DNA of 62,869 nt, filler included, from Collodictyon triciliatum (Eukaryota), in assembly GCA_043381765.1 (NCBI GenBank). It is 9 parts of 9 records of this genome, joined end to end, with 100 filler letters (N's around TTAATTAATTAA, not from the genome) between each part and the next. Parts side by side here need not be neighbours in the genome. Positions count along the whole stretch, not along the records: positions 14,531 to 21,692 come from JBHJMP010004031.1; positions 21,793 to 28,954 come from JBHJMP010004032.1; positions 29,055 to 36,208 come from JBHJMP010004033.1; 6 more parts are not named here. One strand, written 5' to 3'. Shown piece by piece: positions 17,801 to 29,101 of this stretch. The notes under the pieces were generated by a model, which did no database searches, was not told the DNA's origin, and saw only the letters and a list, made by a program, of their open reading frames with translations. Position numbers and translations under genes: made by a program. The number at the start of each line of letters is the position of its first letter. The first letter of the stretch is position 1.

Positions 17801-19045
17801 TTTATTTTTTAAGAAAATATTTGCTTACATTCACTATATTATCAACCGATATGGAATCTACAAAACCAATATTGGATGCATTCTGAATAACTCTTCGGGC
17901 TCTTTCAGCAAAATCAATTTCGTGAAGGGCAGATAAGTTGCAAATATCAGGGCGAATACTGTGAAGTAGGTAAGTGTACACAAGGGAATCCTGAATTAAG
18001 GGTTAATAATAATTTTTTTTAAAGACCATTTATTCCAACACAAAACTGTGGACAGTTGAACAAAAAACATAATCGATATCATACTCTCAGGTCTGATGAA
18101 AAGTTTTCAATTTTTTTCGGCTGCTTCATTTTTTCCAGATGGAAATTGACCCATCTCATAATCAACTTGTCTGGAGGAATCCCAAACAACTCGTCCAGAG
18201 TTTCTCTTCCTAACAAAATCGTAATCCAACGAGATTAGCTGGAGAAAGACAATAAACACATTTCATAATCTTCCACAAGCCCACCTTGCAGTAATGAGCT
18301 TATATTATGCGTTTCTGCTTGACTCGCACGGGTCATGGCACGGATGAATTCTTTTGTTACAGGCTCTGACTAAGTGATTTAGGAATGCAAGACTCAAATA
18401 ACCATCTTCCAACAGTACTTTGAAAATAACTTCACATGAGAGTCGCAATAATTTCATAAAAATTTAAAAGGAAAATCGAACCAATTGTGCTCCAAATCGC
18501 ATATATACAGAATTTGCGCTTTTTTCGGCCTTTATCTCTACGGAGAAAAAAAAAGTACAAAAATAAACGAATTATGCATTTCTGGATAACATTTTCGTGT
18601 TTTCTTTTTGCCCTATCAAATATGGAATACGAGGCAAATTACTTTCTTTCATTAAGAAATCGTTGTATTTCTTTTGCTCTTGGGCCTCTGTGAGTTCGTC
18701 CTGTAGATGAATTTAAGATACAAAGAATGAGATTATATTAAATTTTTTTTATTCTTTCAATTTTGTGTAGGTTGGTGGAGATGTTGGCTTTGGTTCGAAT
18801 AAGATTCTAGTACATTTTTGGTAATAACCTTATTGCAAATGAGTAGGTAGAGAGTGAGAGTGAGGAATTGAGTGATTGAGAGAAAGAGATATTAAGAGAA
18901 AGAAGGAAAGAAAATGAGGGATGAAACCTCCAAAGAACGCAACTTTGTCGACAATTGCTCACAATGAGCCTCTAATTGCGCGGTTGTTAACTGCAAGTCA
19001 TACAGGTCGCTCCTAAAGTTCAAGTCGATCATCATAAAATATTAA

Positions 19046-19103
<58 letters not shown>

Positions 19104-21060
19104 AAAAAAAAAAAAAAAAAAAAAAGTACATGTTAAATGTGACTTTCGTTTAAATTGAATATGTGAAATAGACAATTCGAAGAATCAATTCTGAAAAGTA
19201 AAATAAAAATACTACTCTTTTTTCTCTACAATCCACAAATGCTTGTATGTTTTGACATATTTTGTGCGTTTTCTCCAATGATTAAAAGCCTTGAACATGG
19301 TAAAATTTTTCCAACACAACAAATATCGGGCTCTACTCTATGAATGAAAGGGGTGTAAAGCCCAAATAAAGAGAAAATTGTGTGCGAGTGCTAAAACAAA
19401 GATGTAAACAAGAAAATAATTCGACAAAAACCATGATAACCATGTCATGCATAGTAAAAAAAAAAAATTATTAATGCTTTGAAAACCTTCACTTCTTCCT
19501 TGAATCTCAGATTGGTTTTCCTCCAATGATTAAAAGCGTACATCACCAAGAGTGATTGCCAGCGATTGATGAGAGAGTTGATAGACTATGCAAAGAAAAA
19601 ATAACGAAATAAAATGAGATATTGAAAACTGATGAGTTAAGAAATATATGGATTTAAATAATACTGATATCCTCCTATCTTTTGTTAGTAAACGAGTGAT
19701 AAGATAAGCTGCTGTTATTTGACAGTGTGTCATATATACATTGATTATAAGGAGACTTACCAAGGGTCCTTTTGCTGCAGCCATTCTCAATCGTTCGTTC
19801 ATTCCGATCCATTTGTCTCTGAAGCAAATAGATTAATTTTATAATATGAGCTACTATTTTAAAAAAAATATTAGTAATGGACTATTACATAAAAAAGAAA
19901 CAAATTGAGTGGTGTTTGTTTGTTTGTTTGTTTGTTTGTTTGTTTGTTTGTTTGTTTGTTTGTTTGTTTGTTTGTTTGTTTGTTTGTTTGTTTGTTTGTT
20001 TGTTTGTTTGTTTGCTAACCTCTCTGCTTCCAGTGTTTGTCTTTCGTAATTGACTCTTTTCAAGAGATCAAAGTATGTGATTTGGTTGGATAAAAACGGT
20101 GTTGCCATTGAATCGGTGATCTCGAAAACAGATCTAGTCGTTGTATCCCCGTTCGTAAATAACAACGGATTGACCATGATTTGTGTCGGATCAGCAAGTA
20201 TTCCATTCTGGAGCCATGATTCGTCATAATCGACGTATATCGACTTAAATATGTCGGACCGTATACGCTGGATTACTTGGCTCATAGGACCCCCATGCAT
20301 TATGAGTTTATCTTCCAGGGAGAAGAAAGAAAGAGGATTAAAAAAAAACTTAATCGGTGTTCTTATTTGGTGGTATGAGAACATAAATCAACCATCAAAT
20401 TTAAAAATGATAATGGATTAATACACACTTAGTATGTCACAGGCTGCGGCTGTCATGAATGCATTGGGAATGCCTAGTTGTTCTCCCTTAGTTCGGGCCT
20501 CCATCAACTTCACTTCTGCGAAAAGGGCTGATAAAATTGATCAAGTTAATGTCGGGCCAATAATCAAACACAAAGATAATTAATTTATAGTGATATATAC
20601 ACCAGTGCAAAAATAAACATGCTGGCATTAAGAGTCATTGTTATGAGTGGAATGTAAATGCTTACATAGAGACGTGTAATTGGGCTGTTCCACTCGGTAT
20701 CCTTTGTGGAATGTGTTGAACAAATCCCTGCTTGTTAGTCCGTCAGGGAGGCTTCCTTTCTCATACTGCAAGTTACGAGCGGTAGTGTGCGACGAGGGGT
20801 GAGCTATGTTTGAGTCTTGTACAGACTGCAGTAACGCGATAGAATAAAATTAGACAGGGAATTCACATGATTTGAATTTTTGGATTTAGCAGCACGATTT
20901 AAATATCCAATATATGTGTATTTCTCGATTGTTCTAAAAATGTTTATTCATTTATGCATATTGATACGAATGCGTCTCAAACATAAGTGATCCAGGCTCG
21001 GGGGCTTCTTTTTGTTGTGTCGATTGGTGGCGGTGATGGGCCAGCGATTTGCAATGGTGC
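14893..21060 (-). CDS. Large calponin-homology (fimbrin CH2-like) protein with AFNHWRK repeats and EF-hand-like C-terminal region; ends uncertain
   Basis: Spliced SLLQGRETLDELFGIPPDKLIMRWVNFHLEKMKQPKKIENFSSDLR|DSLVYTYLLHSIRPD...RARRVIQNASNIG...LLFMIQLFSKFPRL resembles plastin CH2. Downstream motifs FGTFVKDC, IDAIFLK and ELIPNEFVECLLRISA. The gene spans the internal gap 16859-17450. Confidence 0.7.
18750..18893. repeat. Dispersed repeat, copy 1 (intronic); related to 46781-47053
   Basis: TTCTTTCAATTTTGTG(T/C)AG....TGGAGATGTTGGCTTTGGTTCG is shared between scaffolds, plus a weaker GAGTAG(G)TAGAGA...AAAG..ATATT block. Confidence 0.7.
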
Positions 21061-21632
21061 CTGATTTTTTTTTGGATGAGACATGAGGAGGTCATGTTGA
21101 TGTAGTGACATACATTAGAAATTTTGCGTGAATATGTCTCAAAATTAGAGAGAAGGATGGGGCTGCTATAAAAAAAACGCGATGATTTAGATGTATGCAA
21201 GTCAGTGAATTCATTCAAGTGTACAGCTTTCATTTACTAATTCATTTGTTGGAGCATTTAATGTTGAGAGCAACCAGTTGGTTTGCTGTGAAAAGTTTGA
21301 CTTTTTTTCTTCTTTTCTTCATAACATTCTACCTTTGGAATTCTACGGGAGGAATTTGGTTGCATGGGTGGCAAAGAGAAAGATTCTGCATCTACCTTTC
21401 GCAGTGGAGGGAGCTTGAATTACATGATTGAAAAATATATAATTAAAAAAAAAAACACTGATGTCAGATTTTTATACACAAAATGAGCGGACCTTTGTGT
21501 ATTAAAATCGAATTGGCCAAGGAAATCGAATATAAAAGCGCAGAGAATATGAAAAAGAGTGGATAAGGTAATAGGCAACCCGAAAAGAAATGGAGTAAAC
21601 AATTAAGTGAAATGAATAAAAAAAAATGAGGG

Positions 21633-21691
<59 letters not shown>

Positions 21692-21792
21692 GNNNNNNNN
21701 NNNNNNNNNNNNNNNNNNNNNNNNNNNNNNNNNNNNTTAATTAATTAANNNNNNNNNNNNNNNNNNNNNNNNNNNNNNNNNNNNNNNNNNNN

Positions 21793-22058
21793 TAAAAAAC
21801 CCATAAAAAACCCATAAAAAACCCATAAAAAACCCATAAAAAACCCATAAAAACCCATAAAAAAACCCATAAAAAACCCATAAAAAAACCCATAAAAAAC
21901 CCATAAAAAACCCATAAAAAACCCATAAAAAACCCATAAAAAACCCATAAAAAACCCATAAAAAACCCATAAAAACCCATAAAAACCCATAAAAACCCAT
22001 AAAAACCCATAAAAAACCCATAAAAAACCCATAAAAAACCCATAAAAAACCCATAAAA
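21793..22058. repeat. (CCCATAAAAAA)n tandem array, A-run of 5-7
   Basis: Directly visible at scaffold start. Confidence 0.95.
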
Positions 22059-22097
22059 ATCGAATTAGAGACCTCAACGCCTCAGAAACTGGTAGGG

Positions 22098-22850
22098 ATG
22101 AGCTCAGGCATAAGCGTCCCGAAAGCGTATGTCGTCCGGAGAGAAGGGTTCAGCTCTGCGCATCGCATGTACAACAACAAGTGGGACGAAGAGACAAACA
22201 AGCGAGTCTTTGGCCAGTGCTACCAACTCCACGGACACAACTACCGACTGGAAGTGTCGCTCTATGGCCCCGTAAGTCTCGACCACGCGCTTTGTTACAG
22301 AGTTCGCTTCTTGATGGAAGCAGACGCTCTCCCTTCTTTTTATACACAGCTAAAAGAGATTTAAGAGAGGCGTTGTTGCCGCTGAACAGAAGCTTGAAGG
22401 AACTCCAGGTGTAATTTACCTTCTTTTCCTCTGTCTTCTGTTCAGATTGACCCAGACACAGGAATGGTGTTTGACATCGGTATCTTGAAAAAGATTATCA
22501 AGGAGCATGTGCTTGACCTTCTCGATCACAAACGCATCGACGACCACCCGTACTTTTCCGAGAAGCCGTCCACAGCAGAGAACATAAGCGTCTTCATATG
22601 GCATCAGTGAGTCACAGAAAAAAAGAAGAAAAGAAGAGAGAGACAACTTTTATTGCGATAACAAGATTTTAGTTGCGATGCTTGCTGCATAACTTCACTC
22701 ACAATATACCACCTCGCATCACCCTAAACCCCCTCTTTTATCGGCAAATACACACAAAATAGGCTGCTGCCGAACATCCCATCCGGTCTTCTTTATGAAG
22801 TCAAGCTGTTCGAGACGGAAAAAAATATAGTTGTCTATCGTGGGGAATGA
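22098..22850 (+). CDS. PTS: 6-pyruvoyl-tetrahydropterin synthase; exons 22098-22271, 22446-22606, 22763-22850
   Basis: FSSAHRM...VFGQCYQLHGHNYRLEV...GP|IDPDTGMVFDI...LDHKRID...PSTAENISVFIW...LYEVKLFETEKNIVVYRGE*. The three Zn-binding His and the catalytic Cys are present; both introns are GT-AG. Confidence 0.95.
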
Positions 22851-23251
22851 TTAAACCGCCCACTGCAAACAAACCCATGTCTTTTGGCGCTGTAGGCAAC
22901 AAGGCAACCAAGCAAGCGACTTGTACGACACATAAAGTACCATACAAAATGTTGCGGTATTTTGTACCATTTAATTCATTTTTTTTTTTAATGTTTTCCT
23001 TCCCAACAACTATCCAAAGAGCTCAAGGAATAAATGAAACAAAACGAAGCAAAAAATAATTGTAAAAGAAAAAGAGAGGAAAGAGTTTAGAATAAAACGA
23101 ACAACGCATTGTACTTCACACAAACCTCCGCTCTTCTTAAACGCCTCCTTGCATAATATCGTAAGCGGGACTATAACGTAAATTCCTTTTTTCTTCTTTT
23201 TCTTTCTCTTCCTTCCGATCGAAAGTTGTTAAGGAACGGATTCCCACTCGA

Positions 23252-24816
23252 ATGGACTTTGACGAAAGAAGGGTCTCAGCCTTGTCGTCTGGCGATCGAA
23301 GTTCGCGTCCCGACTACGGTGCTGAGCCGCAGAGCCGCAAACATGGTTTTTCCTTTCTTTCCAATAGTCTGTCCCCGCCTCGCACAAAGTACACAATAAA
23401 CACTTGTTTTTTCTTTTTCCTTCCTCGGTGACACTATGTACATTTTTCCAACACAGACTGTTTCTCCTTTTTATTTTTATTTTTATTTCTTACTAATTTA
23501 TTCTCCCCTTAATTATATAAAGAACTAAAGAACTCAACAAAATCTATTTCCAATTACCACGACAATAGGAAAGATTGGGAGGCCGCCAAACTCATCAAAG
23601 AGCGGCGTCCCACGGCACTCTCACTCGTCGACCTTGCCAACCGTCCCAAGTGTGCAAACTTCCATGCACGGTTCGGTCTCTGTTTATTCCGACCACACAA
23701 CATACCCAAACCAAGCCATTCAGAGTATCCCACAACAGCACCCTCACTCGTCGTATGCGCACGGATATCAGGGACATGGCCAACCACATTGTAATTTTCA
23801 CTCAATCACCCGCTTATTCTATATACGCAATACATCTCAACCAAATTGATTTATTGTTATTTATTTATTTATTTATTGATTGATTGATTGATTGATTCTC
23901 TTTTGTTTGCCTCAAAACAGACAATTACCCTCAAGTTGTCGCTCAAGGTACAATGACAGGCATATTCGTGTAAAATGTATCATGCTATGAACAACTGTTT
24001 TCCTTCAAAATAATTCATGAATGTCTTGTCATGTCTTCCTTTTTTCCTTCTATTTTAATACAGATAAAAGTATTGAGGGGACTCGAGTAAAGCCAAAGAA
24101 AATCAGAATAAGTCACAATGCAAACAGTTCTATGAACTCTCCATCACTTGCAAACGGTCCTGTTGCACATTCGGCACATTCTCCTGTTTTAAATCATAGT
24201 GGAAATCAACAGGCATATGCATACACAAAAGCTGAGTCTTTGGATGACAATTCTATACCCGTGCCGCGCATCCATGAGAATTCCTCTTCAAAAAGTGAGA
24301 CAAAGAAGAGAAAGCAAAATGAACAGTCATACCCAGCCATCAGGCGCATCGATTTTCAGGATTCTGCGGTCGATAAAAAACAATCTGAACATATTGAAGT
24401 TGGTCGTGGGCGTCCACCGTAAGTTATTTCGCCTCTACTGAAAGATTGTTTTAGTAAATTGTAAGCCAAATCCTTACCTTTTCTCAACTACGCAGGTCTA
24501 TCAAAGCTCCGTCATGTATGCAAATTCCGTATAATCAGGATTGATAATGGAAATAGTATTCACTTCAGAATTTCAATAAGTTTTATTGAATTGCTCTACC
24601 CTTCTTCTTTTTTTTTTTAGTCATCTACTCCCCTCTAAAAGCATATCCGGACCTTGGTAAACACATGAACAGCAACGTGAAATTTAAGATACAGTCATCA
24701 TACCTAATCGCTAGTAGTCAGCAAATAAAAAAACGCACTCTTTGGGGAACAGGAATATACACTGAAGATTCAGATCTAGTGGCTGGTAAATATGGCTCTC
24801 ATGACCTCTTATGGTC

Positions 24817-24869
<53 letters not shown>

Positions 24870-26516
24870 NNNNNNNNNNTTTTTAGTAATAATAAAAAAG
24901 AAACCAAAAACAAAAGCAAAATAATACTGTCAGACATACACATTTGTCTATTTTATTACTTATCCAATTTCACTCACCGAACACATCTTTCATCACATAA
25001 GTATTCATACATCATCCATAGTCCTCCATTCACCAATCACATCACTTTCTAAAGTATCAAATGCCATAAACGATGCAGTTCTTGCGCATAGTGGGCACTT
25101 TATTCCTGGACATAATCCTCCGACCTTCTCTGGGCTGCAAGTTGTTGTTCGAATCCTTCCGGCACAACAAAAATACAATCCGTCCTTCTCAAACGGAATC
25201 ATGTCGAGGAAATGGGGTTTGTATCACGGAATAAGCTTGAGGGTCGAAAAGGTTTATGTGATTGAGGTTTGAATAATACGAATTCACAAAGACCGATTGA
25301 TGTCTGGGAAACATTGGAAATATTCAATTTTATTACAGAATAGCTCATGTTTCATTTCGTCACCCCATTTCATATATCATCATAACACGAATCCCAGGAG
25401 AAGAAATCGGCAGCTTCTACAACCTATCAATTAGTACCCTTAGCCAATGTGGTGTCAAAGAATGATACTAGGAAGGCATCAGATAGGCTGCAACAAATAC
25501 TGAGACAGTCGAATGTATGCACTCCTCATATCCCTTACTTTAAATCAGAAGCTGAAACGAACTCCTTCATGAGTGAAATTTGGGTGAATATTTGTTTCCT
25601 AAATTCTCATTTCTGCAACAGGTCGTAAATAATCTCAGTCTACCAAGTATATCGTTCTTCTTTAACACTCACAATGAGCCATGGTTTATACCTCTTATAT
25701 GTTTGCCATATACTCATGAATTCGGAATTACCATATGTGCACTCAATGTCTCCTATATTTTTTTCTTATGTATCATCGATCTATATGTTCTTAGCCCTTC
25801 TTATAATGTTGCTCTACTTTCGGACCGTGGGATTTCACCCGAACAATCAACAAGCTACCGATTCCTTTCAAACGTCATGTATATTGACACCAATACGAAT
25901 CAGTAAATACTTTATTTGTGATCATTATGTATTTTTCTGTCTTGTTCCAATTATATAGCATATATGTTTTTTTTTTCGGTCGTCGCCATTATTTCGATTT
26001 TGGATTATTATTTTAATAACCATTTACATGCATTCAAATGGATGAAACGTGACTTTTCATACTGAAGCGGTCTAAACCAAACTCTCACCATAACAACAAA
26101 GGCAATACGAACTCTCCCTCGAAACCAAAGATGCAGAGGTCAAAGAACTATCATCTGCTGCCAAAGTGCTAAATGAACCAATGGAAGATGGACCAACAGC
26201 AAGAATAGAATCGAGTATAGGAGTTGAGGCCACCCAGGCCGAGGAGAAGAAAAGCGAATCAGCACTTGGTGCGACGAAACCCCAACTGGCCACGTATCGA
26301 TGGGCTTTGGTGACTGACCCTAAAGTCCGTGATATCCACGGGCTAAAGCAGGTTGATGTCCCACTCAGTACTGAGTATGTGAAGGTGGTCGAGGCTGGAC
26401 TGCAGTGGCACGAAGTTGAATGGGGGACACACACTGTCACCGTGCGGGGATTAGAATACCCCATAGTCACGTTCATTTGGCATTCTATCAACGACCGCAC
26501 CAACCGCATCTTTTAA
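23252..26516 (+). CDS. HDC1/Rxt3-like histone deacetylase complex subunit, multi-exon
   Basis: Rxt3 motif RTLWGTGIYTEDSDLVA|VLAHSGHF, then FNTHNEP, YNVALLSDRG, MYIDT..QYEL, YRWALV and LQWHEVEWGTHTVTVRGLEY, which resemble the plant HDC1 C-terminus. Start codon is tentative. Confidence 0.82.
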
Positions 26517-26774
26517 GTGGCTCATCTACGATGAACCCCAAAGAACAATTTAAAAGCGTGTGTGACTCTTGACTACATGCTGCTCACTTATTTTTATAAG
26601 AAATAATAATAGAAAATTTAAAAAAGAACTCTTTCTTTCCTGGATTGAATTTTACAAGCGGACATACTCATCCTTATCCTGAATATTATTATCATTGCTA
26701 ATATCACCGCTATCATCGCCATCACCATCTGAAGGACTACAATAGGAGGCTGTAGGTGTTGCATGCCAAAGTGT

Positions 26775-28637
26775 TTATGTGAGCTTGGCCTCTTCGATGA
26801 TGCACATTGCAGCCTTCAAATGAACCTTCTTAAACTCTGGAACAAGGTCCTGGAGGCTTTCCACTTCAAGAAGAACAAACTCACGCCCCCTGAGGCTATT
26901 ATCGACGCACGCCTGAATCAGTTTCGGGTGTGCCTCCTTTCGCTCCAGATAGGCGACAAGCTCGGCAGTTGTCAAGTCTTTGACAGATTTGGCAGCCGAC
27001 ACTGAAGCTGAGACTGCGACTGGGTTTGTGATGATGGCATTAAGCTCGTCCTCGACCTGTTGGGCAGTGATGCGTGTCTCATAGGTTCTCTCCCAGCACT
27101 TGCGAACTAGAGCTGCAAGGTTAGCAGGACAAGTAGAGGGAAGAGGTGGGGTTTTGCCGTTAATCACAGACGAGCCGACCTGGCCGTCGTTCATACCCTC
27201 ATAGGGATACTCACCACTCAGCATGGACCAGAGAACCACGCCGTACGAGTAGACGTCACTGGGCAGCCCCATACTTTTACCAATCTCAAAGGCCTCGGGC
27301 GGCGACCAGTTCTTGGAGCCACCAAACTTGCTAACTGAGTTGACGGATGCACCGCTCTTTGCAAGGCCGAAGTCGGTCAGCTTGGCGATGCCGTTCACAA
27401 GGAGGACGTTCTCGGTCTTGAGGTCGCGGTGCTGGATGGGCCTTGGCTGCGTGTGCAGGTAGACGAGGCCCTGGATGATATGCAACCCGTATTTCAGGGT
27501 CAGGTGGTTTCCCAGTGCTCTATGCCTCTTGATGAGTGAGCAGAGTTCCCCGCCGTCCGCAAACTCCATGACAAAGAGCAGGTCCCTGCCTCGGAAGCCA
27601 AAGTCGTGGAGCGTCAGGATGTTTGGGTGCTGCAGCTCGAGCATCATGCTGCCCTCCTTTTCGGGGCCGGAGCCATCCGCAGCCGTAAGAAGAGACGCAT
27701 CACTAATCTTCTTCACGGCAAAGAGGCCCGCTCTCAGCTGAACCTTGAAGACCAGACCGAAGCCGCCCTTGCCCAGGATGTTTTCTTTCTTCTCAAAGTC
27801 CGTGGTCAGAAGGTCCGCGTACTTGCCACGAGCCAGGCGGCTGGTTGGCGCTGTGTTGGTTTTGCGATGATAGGTCAGGAATGCATGTAAAAGTTTTTCT
27901 TCTGATAGTTGGTGGAATTACATGAAGTAGAAGTTCTATGGGCTTCATCGACTGTGCCGACGACCTAGATAGAATGTATTTTTTTTTTGACATGCGTTAT
28001 CTGGAGGTTTGAAGTGGTTGTTACCTTATGTAAATGTATACGATAGTAAGTATTGCCTACATGCTCGTACAACTGCAGAGAGCGAATGCGGTGATACTCG
28101 TCGCTTCCTGTGTTATCCCAGCACGGCAGATCCATGATACCACACGGCGCCCTTTTTATGGTCTGGACGGCCTCGCCACCCTTGATGTAAATCTCCTCCA
28201 GATTCCTGAGCGCAGCAATCTGTAGCGGTAGTTCCTCCATCTACACAAACACACATTAGAAGTTGGCGAGCTCCTCCACCAATATGAATCGATAATGTGG
28301 AGCAGTGTATAAAATCGAGAGATACCGGGTTGTTTTCGACACTGAGCAGTCTGAGATTAATCAAGTGCGATATTTCTGGTGGGAGCGATGAAAGCCTGTT
28401 GCAGTGAAGCTCCAGCTCTATGAGATCAGTCAAGTGCGATATTTCTGGCGGGAGCGATGTCAGCTGATTGAAGCGGAGATCCAGGTATTGCAAACGGTTC
28501 AACAAAAAAACGCCACGAGGTACAGCTGTCAGATTCTTGCCTCGGAGATCGAGTCTCGTGGCGCTTTTTAAAGAAAAGATGTCGATAAAGCCGGTGATTT
28601 CTCGAAGCTCCTCCAAAAGCGCAGTCTCATCGGCCAT
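26775..28637 (-). CDS. LRR - TKL-type protein kinase - SAM-like protein; exons 28637-28326, 28240-28061, 27964-27922, 27850-26775
   Basis: Phase-consistent GT-AG splicing joins LRRs (LQYLDLRFNQLTSLPPEISHL) to a kinase with GKGGFG, AVKK, HRDLKTEN, DFG and GSKNWSPPE. The C-terminus VKDLTTAELVAYL...VDNSLRGREFVLLEVESLQDL is SAM-like. Confidence 0.88.
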
Positions 28638-29101
28638 AGTGTCAGAAGCTAGGCAGAGGCAGAGGCGGGTTGGGGCGGGTTCTTTGGAGTCGTGCAAACT
28701 AGGTTGCGTGCTGGTCTGTTTCTTGCGTTTATTGGAATTGTGGCTGTGGTTGGTAAGTAGCACAGAACGAGGTGCGATCTAGAGAGCAGCGTGGATGCGC
28801 ACAGACAGAAGGTGAACGCGACGTGAATGAGTGGATGCGCACAGTAGCGGAAGAGAGAGAAAGAGAGAAAGAGAGAAAGAGAGAAAGAGAGAAAGAGAGA
28901 AAGAGAGAAAGAGAGAAAGAGAGAAAGAGAGAAAGAGAGAAAGAGAGAGAAAGANNNNNNNNNNNNNNNNNNNNNNNNNNNNNNNNNNNNNNNNNNNNTT
29001 AATTAATTAANNNNNNNNNNNNNNNNNNNNNNNNNNNNNNNNNNNNNNNNNNNNAAAAGCAAATCAAAAAAAAAAAAAAGGTGAGGTGTTGAAATCAAAA
29101 C

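Noticed and set aside
18918-18932. TGGAGGTTTCATCCC (minus strand) as a tRNA-Gln primer-binding site
   Set aside because: Only a partial match, with no LTR pair or gag/pol visible.
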